A stretch of DNA of 63,829 nt, filler included, from Reticulomyxa filosa (taxonomy: Eukaryota; Protista; Foraminifera), in NCBI GenBank assembly GCA_000512085.1. It is 19 parts of 19 records of this genome, joined end to end, with 100 filler letters (N's around TTAATTAATTAA, not from the genome) between each part and the next. Parts side by side here need not be neighbours in the genome. Positions count along the whole stretch, not along the records: positions 26,625 to 33,881 come from ASPP01008256.1; positions 33,982 to 35,062 come from ASPP01025790.1; positions 35,163 to 36,908 come from ASPP01049671.1; positions 37,009 to 38,136 come from ASPP01006085.1; positions 38,237 to 40,131 come from ASPP01004168.1; positions 40,232 to 41,457 come from ASPP01022451.1; 13 more parts are not named here. One strand, 5' to 3'. The notes below the pieces were generated by a model, which was not told the origin of the DNA, did not search any database, and saw nothing but the letters and a program-made list of their open reading frames with translations. Both the position numbers and the translations under genes were made by a program. Position 1 is the stretch's first letter. Every line of letters starts with the position of its first letter. Below are positions 26,734 through 40,955 of this stretch, in pieces.

Positions 26734-26946
26734 TTGGCGGTTCACTTGGATTGAACGACGAATGATTGTCTTGCATGCAAAACTCTCACCAAACAGCTTC
26801 AATGGGTTTTTTTGAACACGGTCTTTCACTTTACCAAGGTACACTCCTGAAAATGAACCTTGACCAATCAATTCCTCCAAGTTTATATCTCCCAAATCCA
26901 ATTTTATCTGATTTTCCTCACTTATCAGAGGTGCTGTGGTGGACAT
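26734..26946 (-). CDS. Protein kinase first exon, partial
   Basis: LEELIGQGSFSGVYLG...FACKTI (subdomains I-II), followed by a GT donor. Confidence 0.7.
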
Positions 26947-27406
26947 GATCGTTGGGTTATTTTCTTCAAGTAAAGAAAAAACTCATATTGCGTTCACTAA
27001 CTGTCAACGTGATTGTAATTTGAAAATATACAAACTTAACTATGAAATATATATATATATATTGTGCATTAGACTTGCAAAAAAATGACTTTTAATAAGT
27101 TGCCGTGTCAAACGTATTAATTATTAAGTAGTTGAAAACAAGTTTGTGTGTATATAAACGTTGCAATCGTTATCAAACAAATATACTTTTTTTCTCAAGA
27201 TAAAGCGGTTTTTTGTATTTTATTGTTGGTTATTACTGTAAATTTGAAAAATTAATGTCTTTTTGAAAAAAAATTTAAATAACTATTTTAAGGTAAATAC
27301 TGAAGGAATGTAAAGCCAAAGCAAAAAAATTACCAAAAAATTTGAGATATGCATTCAAGTACTGTTACATTTATAATGCACGTAACTACTACAAACAAAG
27401 AGATAA

Positions 27407-29622
27407 TTATGAAAGTTGTGCAAACAATTCGTTTCTTTGTTGTTCAAGTATTTTTTCAATTTCGACAATTCTCATTTCTTTGTCTTGGATGTTATCTTTT
27501 AGTTGCATAATTAAATCATCTTTTTTACATAAAGTTTGCTTAATCCGGCTTTCCAAGTGCTCTAATTCAGACGAATGCTCTGCCATAACTTGTTTAATCT
27601 GATGTTCGTAAGCTTTTTGATTCATTTGAATTGTTTTTTCCAGTATTTCTTGTTTCTGTTTGTACTGAGCCAACTGCTCCCCGAATTTTTTGTCTTTGTC
27701 TAAAAACTGAGCTTCGGATCTCTCTTGAGTTTTTTGCTTGTCCAAGTTTAATTCATCAATTTGACTATTTAACTTTTTAATCATATCTTCGCAATCGCTT
27801 AATTTTGCTTTCATCGTAGTGTTCTCTTGTCGTAGTCCTTGTTTTTCTTCAAACTGCGTTTGATTTTTTTGACACCATTCGTTCAACTGTTTGTTTTTGC
27901 TAGACAACTCTGTCTCTAACTGTCGTATTGATTCGACATGCTTTTCTTGAATTAACTTGATTGCAGTTTCATTTTCGGTTGTAAATTTGTCAATGATAGT
28001 GTCAATTTCTTTTTTTTGTTGGATTTCTAGTGCTTCTTTGAATTTGGCAAGCTTGTCTTGCATTTCACCGTTTAACTGTTTTTGTATGATTGATTTCCAT
28101 TCTTCACTTTCTATCTTTTGCACTTGCTTTAAATTTTGAATTTCTAGTTCGTGTCTTCGGCCGCTACACTCCAGTATGTTAATATGTCTGCTTTCCAACT
28201 GTTCTAGCTCTTTTTTGTGGCTCTGTTCTAATTGCCGAATTTTTTCTTGTTCCTTTGATATCAAAAATTCTACTTCTTCTACACATCTGTTTTGTCGTTG
28301 TCATAGTCGTGTGGAGAAAAAAAAAAGAAAATATACACAAAAACTTGTACTTTGTTCTAAGACAATTGTGAAAAGATCATTGACTGAAGTTTTATGTTAG
28401 TCTTTGTGAGTTTTCAAAGTAAGAGAACCTTTTTTTGGGTTTAGCCTTACCTTTTTTTTGTTCCATCAATTCAACTTTATGTTTTTTTCCAATTCAGAGA
28501 GTTTATCTGCCCATTCACTTTCCCATTTGAGTTTTTGAGCGTTAAAACTGTCTTTGAGAGCATTGATTTCGTTCTCTAAGCCGGACTGATATTTCTCTCT
28601 CCAAAACTCTTCTCTCTTTTCTTGTTGTACCAACAAAGTCTCTTTTTGCTCACGCAACGCTGCTAGCTTTTCATCTTCTTTCGTTTGGACATCCCTTTTG
28701 TTTTTTGCTATAAGACGCTCGATTTCAGGCTCTAATCCTTTGATAGTCATAGACTTGATTGCTTTGGTTTTTTGTTCCATCCATTGTTCCCTCTTTGTTT
28801 GCTCCGAAGCAAGCCATAATTCTTTTGCTTTTTTAAGCCTTTTTTATGTTCCAATTGCAGTTGTTCCATTTTACTTCCATAATCATCATGTAATTTCTTC
28901 AATTGTTGGGTCAACTCTTTGATGTATTTGTGCCAACAAAGAATACTTGGTGAAATCGTCATTGATAATTTGAAATATTTTTTTTTGAAAAAAAGACGGA
29001 TTTATTGCAAATATTGCACGTTTTGTGCAAAAAAAAAAGTAAGGTAAAAAAAGTTTTTGATGTGAATTAAATACTATGCACCGTCGCATTGCAACGAAAG
29101 TTTTTCTTTATCTTTAAGCAAACGATCAACAAATGACAGATTGCGATGAATTGAATGCTCGAATTCTTTTTTTTGATTTTGCAACTTTTGTTCGTATGAT
29201 GCCTCAAGTGCCTTTTCAATATCTTTTTGTTTATTTTTGGAGTGCTCAAGGTTTTGTTGTAACAGTTGAATTGTTTTGTTTTTATCATTCAGCTGAGATT
29301 TTAATGCTATCATTTTAGACTTAATGTCGACAAAGACATTCGACGCTGCTGACACAGAGGATGATTTGCTGGTTGTTGCATCGAGTAGTAAGTCTGTGCA
29401 AAAAGGTTCTGAAGACGCCGGATGAAGGCTTGAAGATGAAGCAAACTGAAGATCACCATCAGCTTCATTTGCCACCGTGTCCAAAAATGACATCAATTTT
29501 GTCACTTTTTCATGCTTTAAAAATTTTCCTTCTTCAGTTTTTTCATTTATGGGAACAGTGAGCTGAACCACTGTTACGGAAGAGGGAACCTCGTCACTAA
29601 AATCATCTTTGCAATCATTCAT
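27407..29622 (-). CDS. CEP131: Centrosomal/centriolar-satellite protein CEP131 (AZI1)-like, 3 exons, three apparent A-run indels
   Basis: IHRNLSFVDRLLKDKEKLSLQCD, KTKAIKSMTIKGLEPEIERLIAK, KEIDTIIDKF, ELEHLESRIKQTLCKKD..ILEQQRNEL match the CEP131 C-terminal half. Confidence 0.85.
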
Positions 29623-29743
29623 TTTTCAAAATCACTAAATTGCTTTTCTGTCTTTTAAATGTTTTTTTTTGACGTCATGTTGACTCTGTAATTGCACGTT
29701 AAAAGAAAATCAATTGTCCATAACTTGTTGAAACAACGGACAA
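29623..29743. promoter_or_regulatory. Putative bidirectional promoter between CEP131 and DRC7
   Basis: 121 bp between divergent ATGs; palindromic TGACGTCA at 29670-29677. Confidence 0.5.
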
Positions 29744-32700
29744 ATGGATATATTTAATACTAATGAACTTAATACTTCCAAGCCAATGGCTATTACCATT
29801 GAGACATTTGACCAAACACAGCTAATCTCAAAATATGAATACTTAAAAAAAATGAGAGAATCAAAATATCCCAATGAAAATTTTAAAAATTCTTTTGACG
29901 AGATACATATTCTAGTTGAGTAAACTAACTGATACTTGTTAATTAAAAAAACTTGTACCATTTTTGTTTTAAAAGGAATATGCTGAATGCTTTCGTCGGC
30001 AGTTTGTTCAACTGTTTCCAAAAAGGCCAGACTTGTTATTGTCTGCTCAAAACGAATTTGGGATTAAAGTTAAGATAATTATTTTGTTGAAAACAGAGCA
30101 GAAAGAAAATTCAATGCATTCAAAAAATTTAGAAATTTGTGTGCACTTCAATTCGACCAACCTTGCAAAGACTCATGACAACATGGAATTTGGAAAAATG
30201 TGCAAAATTTGTATCAAACTTATTGATATATCAACCTCTACCTCAACCTACACAATTGGTGAAACAAAAAAAACAAAAAATATGCATTGCAAAAAATGAT
30301 TTTGAATAATGACCCAAAATAAAAATTCTGCAAACACATTGACAATCCTAATAGCCCAGTGTTGTGATATCTCCTTCAGCTTTGTTGGAAATCAGAAATG
30401 GTGATTCTTTGGATTTTTCCATATTTTTAGTGTCTTTATTGCGAGGGAGTGGGTATGATGCTTATGTTGTCAGTGGATTTGCTGCAAAGGATACCACATT
30501 ATGTACCCAAAGTTCTTGTTCATGTCCCGAAGCAATTTTAAATCAAACAAAATGGGTATCTCCAGAAGAATCCAGTAATATAGAAAGCAAGTTTGAGATA
30601 CCCTCGCATTATCAAATTCCTGACAGAACAGTCAAACCTACCACTTTTAGCGAGTGTTTGAAAGAAAAGGAAAAGTCTTTGGAAAATCAAAAAATTAATG
30701 AAGTGGAAAAGGCAAATGCGGTAAACATTGTGGAAAAATCATCTATTGATCCATTAGAACGTCAAAGAGTTCACTTTTGGGTATTAGTGAGAGCAGGATG
30801 CCGGTACGGGCTAAAAAAAAACTAAAACAAAAGAGAAACCTTAAAAACTGTAACAAAATTTAATCACGACGTAGAAAATTTAAATTTTATTTTAAAGTCG
30901 TTCTATTGATTCTTTTGAGGGTTTCAATCCCAGTAAAGAACATGAATATTTATGTCTTCACAGGGATGTTGCACATCATTTATTTATCGAAGCAGCCACA
31001 GGCGAAATATACTCAATGGAAAAAGAAAATCCATATTTTAAAATAGAAAGCGTATTCAATGAAAAAAATTACTGGATTAACATTGACACGGTAAATAATT
31101 CTCCACAACACTTCGGTCAAATGTCATTTAATTTCAACGACTCCAAGTTTTGGGAGTTCATGTTTTTTGACGAAGCCCATCCACTTCAAGATTTCAACAA
31201 GATCAAAGTTTCTGACTTAGCTTTTGTATCTTTCATTTTATTTTGAAAAAATGCTGAAATGTTTGCACAAAACAACACGTTTTTTTGCTGTGATTTACTG
31301 AACTTGAACGAAAACTGGCTGTTTTCACAGAGCAATGAGCAAAACAAAAGTTCAGCAACGACAGATGAAACTGCTCCAACCGTGTTCCAAGCAAACAAAC
31401 TTAACAAAAGCTCTTCATTTTTACATAAGCCCGAAGTAGAGAAAAAATTGTTGTTGATGCCTAGTTCATGGTGTAAGCCATTTTCCATTGAACAAAGCGT
31501 ACATGACTCACCTTATCCAGGTAGATATAAAAAAACTGATTACAAGGCTTGTGTACTCGAACAATGGGCAAGATTTCACCCGAAAATGAAAGGGTGTGTA
31601 CTTAAACTTACAATATATAAAGACGACAAAATTGAAAACGGGATTTCCGAAATGAGAGAAATGTTTTGCGATAGAAAGTTGAGTTTGAAAAAAATCCCTT
31701 TTCCGTAAATCTTGTCTTGCTCACTTGATAGCAAGATTTGATAATTGAGAATGATTTTGTAATGTTTACCAAGTGCTTTCAACAATAAATTTAAAAAAAA
31801 CAATGAAAGAGATAAGTTAATTCAAAGGGTGACCAAGGTAGCTGACAAGATTGTAATGGAAAGATATGCACCCGGTTGTGCAACTGGTGTTGAAGCGATG
31901 ATAAACATAAGTAACTCGCAAAGGATAACATGGTTCTATCTCACACAGAGAATTGACGGTTTAGTCAAAAGGACAGAAGTGTTTGGAGAAAAAGTAATTG
32001 AACAGTTTCAGAATCAGACAAATGGAGTGACTCAGAGAATTATTTATGCAATTGACCAATCCAACTCAGTTCAAACACAATGAAGTACCTATTGGCATCA
32101 AAAACTTTGCTTTCAAAAGAAAAACACTTTTTTTTTTTGTTTGATCTAACAAAAAAGGAAAAAACAGTGATGAGTTTGAATTTTGCTGGCGATGCTAATA
32201 TGGAATTTGGAGTCTCTAAAGTGGAAGAGTTTTATGAAAAGAAAGAAAATGAAGGCAAAGAAATTGGAAGAATTTTATTTTCTTTGATTGACAACGAATA
32301 TCAAGTTTTTTATCATTATGGCCAAAACCGATTGCTTGCCAGCAATCGTACTTTCAACAAATCCACCGGCGAAACATCAGAATGGCAGACTAGCAGTTTG
32401 GAGCCAGCACCAAAGTTATACGAGTTGAAACAGCAGTTCGAACGTCTAGTGGCTCGAGAAAAAGAGCTGATAACAATGTTAATTATTTTGGATTGCATGT
32501 TTGTACTTGAAAAAGGTATTTGATTTAGCAGCTGAATTTTGTTTATATGGATTATATAGCATCCGTGAAAGAGAGCGTGGTTTTGGTATGTTACTGCGCA
32601 AGATGTATGAAGAAGGCGAATGTGTGAAGTTGATTAAAGATCCACTTTTCATTTCCAAAGAAGAATCTGTGCACGATACATTGAAGGAAAAACCTGACGG

Positions 32701-33193
32701 AGAGGACAAGCGAGAAACAACAGAGACCTATGATTCATTGTCAGCTTATTTACCACAAACGAAAGTAAGCAGTCGAGAACAAATGAATCAAGTCAAAGAA
32801 GAGTGTTTGAGAGCACTAAAAGATAGAATGACTGAGAGACTGAATGTGATTATGGTATGTAGTTTGGAGTTGGTGCAAGGACCTTTTTATTAACACTTTT
32901 TTTTTTTTTTTCCAAATTTATTTTTGTATATGTATGTATTGTTTACAATTAAAAAGCGACGTCTGAACAAAGAGACTGAAGAATTAGAAAAAAAGAAAAT
33001 TGCATTTGCAAGAGCACAAGCAAATGCTCCTGAAAAGGTAGAAATTGAAAGTGAATTTGAAGAGTACCGCCGAAAGGCCGAATTTCGAATAAGGATAACG
33101 AAACAAAGACTACTCGAGCACGAGCAAGATGCTGTTTTACAGATGAATGAACTAAACGAAAGGATCGAAAAATTGTTTTGGCTTCAAAATTGA
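29744..33193 (+). CDS. DRC7: Dynein regulatory complex subunit 7 (CCDC135), 10 exons, intact
   Basis: EYAECFRRQFVQLFPKRP..NEFGIK|KFVCTSIRPTL, SPSALL..GDSLDFSIFLVSLLRGSGYDAYVVSGFA, RVHFWVLV, IESVFNEKNYWIN, MPSSW, RIDGL, ECLRALKDR, FRIRITKQRL. All nine introns phase-consistent. Confidence 0.92.
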
Positions 33194-33838
33194 AAATCTT
33201 GCCAATGTAAAAAAAAAAAAAAAAAAACTAAGAAACAAAATGATTGGATCCGAGTAAACTAATTGGTGCAACTACCAAAATTTGTTTTGAAATTAAATTT
33301 ATTCCCCCCTCCCCTCTTCACACACAGTGTTTTTTGAAATTACAAGTCAAAAGTTTTCGTTTTTATCCTCTCTAAACAAGCTCGTAAAAAAATCATTGAG
33401 GGCACAAACAAGAAAGGGAGGAAATATTTGTGTTTTTGTATTTATTTTTCACATCACTCAATAACAAATTAAAAAATGTATAAAAAAAACGCTATCAAAA
33501 CTTAATGGAGAAAAAAAAATAGAAATGATTTTTTTTTTTTTTTTAAAAAAAGGAGCCCAAAAGTGACCTCACGAGCCATGTGATGGAAAAAGTGACTTGA
33601 CATAGTGAGAGACTTTTCCAACCATCGCCGTACCGACAGCATCCTTATGTTCTTTAACAGTGATGGAAGGATGTACTTTGGCAAGTGAAGAATTCTTTCT
33701 CCAAACTCTTTTTCCATTGTTGATTGGAAAATTTTTGGAAAACTCAAAGTAGAAACGCATTCTCCAGTTTTTTTTCTTTTCGGTATTATTCTTTTTGCTA
33801 TTGTTAGTAATAGCATTTATATTGCTGTGATTATTAAC

Positions 33839-33839
<1 letters not shown>

Positions 33840-33881
<42 letters not shown>
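33840..33881. repeat. (ATT)n microsatellite at contig end
   Basis: Direct observation. Confidence 0.95.
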
Positions 33882-34569
33882 NNNNNNNNNNNNNNNNNNN
33901 NNNNNNNNNNNNNNNNNNNNNNNNNTTAATTAATTAANNNNNNNNNNNNNNNNNNNNNNNNNNNNNNNNNNNNNNNNNNNNCTCTTGTCAATACTTATTG
34001 CATTGAAGTTCTTTTTCATTTCTAAAAGTTGTCGTTCTTTTGATACGTTTTGTTTTTTTTTTTTTTTGAGATTTTCTTAGATGAAGTTTATTTGAACTTT
34101 TTAGATCAAGATTAATGAATAATTTTGTATCTTTTTTCCCAATAAGGGGATAAAATATTGTTTCTTTGAAAAAAACTTTGAGAAAAACTTTTTTGGAGTC
34201 AACAAGAATTTTTTTGCTGATAATTATCCGACTTCATTATTAAAGTAAAATTTTATCTTTAAAATAATTTGTCAGCAATACCAAACAAATTAATAATTTC
34301 ATTGACACTTATTGTTAATATTAAATGTTTGATATTTATTTTAGATATTCCTTGAAAAATTTGTTGAATAAAAACATAAAAAAAACATTTATATCTTGTG
34401 TCATACACAATTACAAATTTAATAAGTGGAACAAAATTTTACTCATTTCTTTCATTACTTAATAACACAAAGGAAAGTAATTTTGTAATTATGAAATAAA
34501 AATCAAAATCAAAGTTATTTAAAGATAGCATGGGTTAATAAGATATTTTAATTGTGCTTTTTTCAAAAT

Positions 34570-35062
34570 TTATTCATTCTAGTGTATTTTGTAATAATTT
34601 TGTTAAAACCATCGATCCATCCTAATCTTATCTTTAATTTTCGAGCCCAATATTCAATAATAAATTTTGTTTCAATGTTTGACTGTTTATTATTTATTAT
34701 TTGTTAATCAGTTTTATACAATAAAATTTACTTGTGTTTCATCAAAATAAATACACAAATCATTACCAACAGTGACAAATCCCATACACGCACTTTAGTC
34801 TTCATGTGAGTTAATAATGCTCTATTTTTATCTGCTCCTCCAATGATATGTATATGATTGTCTTCTTTACTCCATATTGCAGCACAATTATATAATGGAT
34901 AGGGTAAAGCGTCTTCAAATGTCATCCATTTGTTTTCTCGAATTGAATACTTGTGTACTGATTTTGAGGCAACTTCGAAACAACAGTCATTTTTCTTTCC
35001 ACCAAAGAACAAGATGACATCATTGATACACACATATGCATAATTAGAGAATGGTTTGATAT
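34570..35062 (-). CDS. Kelch-repeat protein, C-terminal fragment
   Basis: YAYVCINDVILFFGG..VHKYSIRENKWMTFE..IHIIGG..THMKTKVRVWD, then last exon IIEYWARKLKIRLGWIDGFNKII. Confidence 0.75.
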
Positions 35063-35162
35063 NNNNNNNNNNNNNNNNNNNNNNNNNNNNNNNNNNNNNN
35101 NNNNNNTTAATTAATTAANNNNNNNNNNNNNNNNNNNNNNNNNNNNNNNNNNNNNNNNNNNN

Positions 35163-35760
35163 CAGTTTATTTGTGTTTCATCAAGATAAATAGATAAATA
35201 AATAAATGATTACCAGCTGTGAATGATCACATACGCGCACTTTAGTCTTCATATGAGTTGATATTATTTTACTTTTCCTCCAATCATGTGTATATCATTG
35301 TCTTCTTTATTCAACCTCCCAATGGACTGGGTAAAGTGTTTTTAAATATCACACATATGTATATTCAAAGAATAATATCATCACAAATAGGTAATTGATG
35401 AAATTGAAAATTGTTGCCATTTGATAATTTTGCTGATTTATTTTTCATTTTCTGAATTTGATACAAAGCAATGATAACAAATATAATTACCAGTTGTTGA
35501 ATAAATTGAAATTTATTTAAATCAAACACACTAATATTTTTTAGAAAATAAGTGATAAATAACAAATGATAATTGAATAGTTGTGATTGTCTGTGAAAGG
35601 AATCCATTGGTTGTAATTGCTTAATTCATTTGATTTGAAAGTAAAAAAATTAAACAAGTAAGTAATCCGAGTGATAGTTCGTTTATTTACAAGAATATTT
35701 ATTTGTATTGTGTCCATTATGGCCTTTTTACTAGTTTGACGTTTTGTCATAACAATTTTT
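35163..35760 (-). pseudogene. Degenerate kelch-repeat pseudogene, paralogous to 34570-35062
   Basis: 35163-35310 is similar to 34728-34870 at nucleotide level; WIPFTDNHN, ISVFDLNKFQFI and FQFHQLPICDDI fragments lie in broken frames. Confidence 0.7.
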
Positions 35761-36393
35761 AGATTTACATGGCTTCATTGAATAAAAATTATTGCTAAAT
35801 TAAAAATAATTAAATGAATAAAGCAAACTTTTAATTTATCATCAAAAAAGAAACTACTCACAAATGAGAAAAGTAATAGTTTTGAGAAATTGTAGAAACA
35901 ACTTTATTAGAGTCCTTTGTTTGTAAATTTATATCTGTTTTGAAAATTGATCAACTGTAAGAAACAGCAGAAGACAGACATAACTTCCTCCCTCTTAAAA
36001 TGACTTTATTTTGCTTCAGCATTATTCAGATATTTTAAAATAATACTGGATAAAACAAAAATTAGAACCCTTAAAATAAACTAATTCTGTTGTTTGATGA
36101 TCCTCTACCCGAAGTGAATTTCTTATAATTGTCTTTGATGAAAGAAAGAAGAATTAGGTCTCCTTTCATTTTCGTATACAAAGGGTATTTAACATGACTT
36201 TTAGTCCTAGAATGTTTTTCTTCTTGTGGTAATATCAATTAAACATAGTTGGAATTGTTATTGTCCTATTCAACACTATTTAACAATGTCTACACAATAT
36301 GATATCCATTTTTCTCACCTTCTTACTCACCAATTACGTGATTACATTTTTAAGCGCTCAAAAAAAGGGTTTTCTTTTGCAGTTAACTTCGTC

Positions 36394-36908
36394 ATGCTTA
36401 CACAACTTCAACAGACGTTCCCTGAGATTAAGGAAGAGATCATTTCAGATGTATTGGAATGGTTTAAGCAAGATGCCGAAAAGACAAAGAATATCTTAAC
36501 CTGGCTAGCAGAGAACACGTAACAACCAATTTCTTTTCTCTTTTTTACTAACAAAAACATTTCAATATTTTTTAACAAATCATTGATTTATATATTTTAA
36601 TACAGCACAAATTTACAACAACAACATTATTTAATGCGTTTATTCAAACAATTTGGCAATAATCTAGGAAAAGAGATAATATCACAGACATGGAAAAATT
36701 ACAATCAAATTTATAGTGATACAAGAATAAAATTAGAAGATATTTGTACGACTTCCAACTTAAATGAGTTAAATGTAAATAAAATATAAAATATAAACTA
36801 TAAAGAAAAGATAAAATAAAATAATAGGTATCAAGAAGAAAATGAATTAAAAATACTTCGAGAGATGTGTTTGCATATTTTGTGGAATATTTTGAAATAT
36901 CCTAAACA
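36394..36908 (+). CDS. CUE-like plus PUB-like domain protein, partial
   Basis: LTQLQQTFPEIKEEIISDVL (CUE-like) and ILREMCLHILWNILKYPK (PUB-like); short introns. Confidence 0.55.
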
Positions 36909-37086
36909 NNNNNNNNNNNNNNNNNNNNNNNNNNNNNNNNNNNNNNNNNNNNTTAATTAATTAANNNNNNNNNNNNNNNNNNNNNNNNNNNNNNNNNNNN
37001 NNNNNNNNCCTTTTTTTTTATATATACATATATACATATATATATGTATACATGTATATGTATATATAACAATTTGGACTACTACC

Positions 37087-37930
37087 TGTTTCTCTTGTGG
37101 GGATGCCAGCACGTAAACTCGTGACAGAGGTGGTGGCGGAGAAGCGTTGCGAAGCACTTCGTACATCGAGCCAATCGCGTTCATTTTTAGCAGAGTCGGT
37201 GTCGACGCTGGCATCCTCGAGCATGTGCGAAAGCGGCCCCATCGGCAAGGCATTTTGTGCGGGCAACGACTGGCGCTTTGTTTTCAAGTAGTGCACGCCG
37301 CGTGCTCCTTTGAGGTCCACGCTACTTCGCGTAAGCAGCATCGAGTCGTTGTGAGGAGGATGATGATGATGATGATCATGCAAGCCTACCGCGCCCGGTG
37401 CGGAAAAGTCGAAGCTGGCCCGAATTTTATAACTCAGCGAATTTTTTTTGGACTCGTTGGAGAGCGTGTCGACCGACTTGACATGCTTTAAGGTTTTCTC
37501 AATGTGTTTGTCTTCGAAAGGCGCTCCGAAATAATATAAAAACGTACGGAAGTCAAGTTTGCCTTTTGGTTTGGGGAGATTGTTGATCGGATCATTTGCG
37601 AGCATAGGAAACAGTCTCGATTGCTTTCGTTTGCTTGCCTCTTGAAATGTATTGGTGCTGTGATCAGGGGACAATGACGACGCGACGGACAATTCTTGTT
37701 CTTTTTGTTTGTTCTGTTCGTTGTGACTCCCTGGGATGTTGCAATTCGTCGTCATGGTCCGGAAGAACTGCTCAATATGTGCAGACTCCAATGACTTGGA
37801 GTCAGTGTCCACCCCATATCGCTTCAGCAGTCCCAAGAACTGCTCGTAGCTGATTGTTTCATCCTCGCCACGCTCGTTTGGAGCAAACAACTTCCGCAGC
37901 AATCGAATTCGCTGCTGATTCTGTCGAAAC
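37087..37930 (-). CDS. EF-hand-like protein, internal exon
   Basis: RKLFAP..DETISYEQFLGLLKRYG and GKLDFRTFL motifs in a long open frame. Confidence 0.55.
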
Positions 37931-38098
37931 CACATGCAATTGGTATGATGATCCAACTGCTTCTACATTATATTTTTATGTGCATGTGTGTATACGTCGT
38001 ATTTACATGTCACACAAATTTGTATCACGAGTTTTGTATAAGTTTGGATACTACAACATCCGACATTGTGCGAAACAAAACAAATTTCATATGTGTTG

Positions 38099-38136
<38 letters not shown>

Positions 38137-40231
38137 NNNNNNNNNNNNNNNNNNNNNNNNNNNNNNNNNNNNNNNNNNNNTTAATTAATTAANNNNNNNN
38201 NNNNNNNNNNNNNNNNNNNNNNNNNNNNNNNNNNNNCGGTCAATGAATCACTTCAATGTTTTGGATGGATACGTGGGCAATGTCAGTTTCAGTAGTTGAT
38301 TATATTATGGTCACCTCTCACTCTCGCTCACTCACTCACAAAGATGTCGTCGCTGTGGATACGAGCGAATTTCTCGGACTCAAAAAGTGGAAGGGTCTGA
38401 CATTGACAAGACCATCACTCAAAATAGTAGCTCCAGGGGACGAGCTTTTCAATGACACAAACTTCCTTCAAGTCCATTCAATCGTGCAAAATCACGTAAT
38501 ACTTGATGGAAGAGTTGTCATTGAAATCAAAGAACGCATTTGACAGAAGAACTCAAGGGATTATTGTTATTTGGTGGTCATTTATGCGCTTGTCCTCTTT
38601 CCTGTTACCTGATTCTATAATTGTGATTGGTCCATTGCTTGAAAAAGTTTTGTTTTGTGTACATATCAACATAACATCTTTATACGTATATTGATTATTT
38701 ATTTATATGTATGTGGTATGTGTTGTTTAAAATTTTTGAATAGATATTGAAAGATGTGCAAGTGGAAATGGACGTACATTACATGAATTTTGGATTGCGA
38801 ATGGGCAAGTTGTTGCTGTTTATGTTGCTATTGGTGCTGTAACGAGTCCCCAAGCAATGATGGCAATAATGATAGCAACGGCTTGTATCGAATATGGATG
38901 GCATTACGCTTTGAATGGCGTATAATTTTAAAAAAATTGCAGATCCATATCGTGTAATGGCTCATGATTGATTGAAAAGAAATCAAACAATCGAAAGTGA
39001 TGAACTAATTATTATCGAAATTGTATGCGCATCTATATTCCAAGTTATGATATTTTCTTATAATGTGATTGGAACATGTATAATCAACATACACGCATAT
39101 AACATAGGTCTCCAAAGAATACAATAACTGCCTATGGAACAATTGGAAAGTGATTGTGGTGCCTCAAGCAAAGGTGAAGTGAAGTTCAAACTCCGAGTTG
39201 GTATATTCGATTGCAAGTATTTAACACTTGCCTCAAATTTTTTTGATTAAAAATTTTTCTGTCTTTTTTTGTGTGAATTCTTGTTTCTCTTGATTTTTTT
39301 TAAAAATAATTTCAATGAATTCTTCCAGCTAACCTAATATCTTCAAATTATATTCATCATAAAAAATTATAGTAACGTTTACAGAAAAAAGGAACAAAGA
39401 AAACTAAATACAAATTTCAGTTTACTTTCACCAACACTTTTGAAGGTGTTGTCCAACAATGGTGGACGTACATTAGTTTCAACTTTCTGGCTTGTCTGCT
39501 GTTCCGCGCCGTACACATCGTGACGAATGGCACTGTTCCATGACTCTGGCGTAAGACTGCACGAAAAAGGTTTCAGAAATTTCCAATTCAGCAAAAATTT
39601 TTTGCAATTGGGTAATGTCTATCTTGGCATATCATGACACCACAGCAATAGTATCCATTATTTTTGCTTTTTTTTTTTTTTAAATAATAATATGGTCGGA
39701 CCACCTCTAAAACAATATTTCCCTTTTTTTCTTTGGCAAAAACGAGACCATTCCAAAATTATTCTAAATATCTGTTCTCCCTTTCGTTTTTGTCGTCGCT
39801 TCAGTGTTTCAAAATTACACATCACAATATCGCCTCAATTTGTTTGGATACTTCCAAGTCGGTGATGGTTCATACAACAGATAACAAGCACGGCAAATTC
39901 GCATTTGATTTTCGAGGAAAGCATAACGGCAAAGTGTTATGTGATGGCAATCCGCTGTTTTCGCAATATACAACAAATGATCCCATTTCAACAACAATAA
40001 TCCAATACTGGAGATTGTCCGTTATGTTGCATATGTAAAATGTTCCATGATGATTCAAATAGTCCAAGTTCTCCTTATCTATCGTTGCCTCACGGGCCAT
40101 TCGCAAGTATTCCTGGACATATTTCAGGGGGNNNNNNNNNNNNNNNNNNNNNNNNNNNNNNNNNNNNNNNNNNNNTTAATTAATTAANNNNNNNNNNNNN
40201 NNNNNNNNNNNNNNNNNNNNNNNNNNNNNNN

Positions 40232-40955
40232 AAGCAACAAGACCCTCTTCTTCGTCTCGTTCGCACAGCCGAAGCAACAGTCGTGGTCGCACTCGAAGCA
40301 AGAGTAAAAGTCGATCACGCTCGTATTACCGCAGAAGATACGTCCGAAGACAATTGCGCAGTACCGGCTCATTTGTCCATTCGAAAAGACAAAGATGAGG
40401 AGGATAAGGACAGACAAAAAGAAACAAATCAAAAGAATGAGAGCGAAACATCCAAATTAACTGAGACGAAGTGCACAAAGGAAGGACAAGATCACAAAGG
40501 CGGTCCTGCTTCAAAAACATGATGGAAATATCTCACCAAATCAAACCAACAGCACCACGGGCTTCAAAGAAGAAAAATTAAAGTTGTGTCTCAAAGATGT
40601 AAGAAAAGAAGAAGCAATCTCATTTTTTATTATTTTTTTATTTTTTGATTGGGTAAACATATCACATACACACACACACACACACACAGGGCAGCACTGG
40701 AAAAAATTCAAAGCAAACACACAGTTTTGCCAATCACTTGTGCAAGGCCAATTGACAAAGCCAAGATTTGGGCAGTGTTGACAGGACACTTTGATGCAAA
40801 CAATGGTCTATGGGCATTTGTTACTCACTTTTGAAAACAACTGGCGTGGAAATGTGGGACCAATTGTTTGCACATGAAAGCTCTTTCATTGAAAAATACG
40901 GCTTGGAGGCATATTTAGAAGAATCCATGCCATCATTTCACAACCCTGCCTCTAA
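40232..40955 (+). CDS. Hypothetical protein fragment
   Basis: GC-richer coding-like segments separated by a GT-AG intron; frames broken. Confidence 0.35.
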
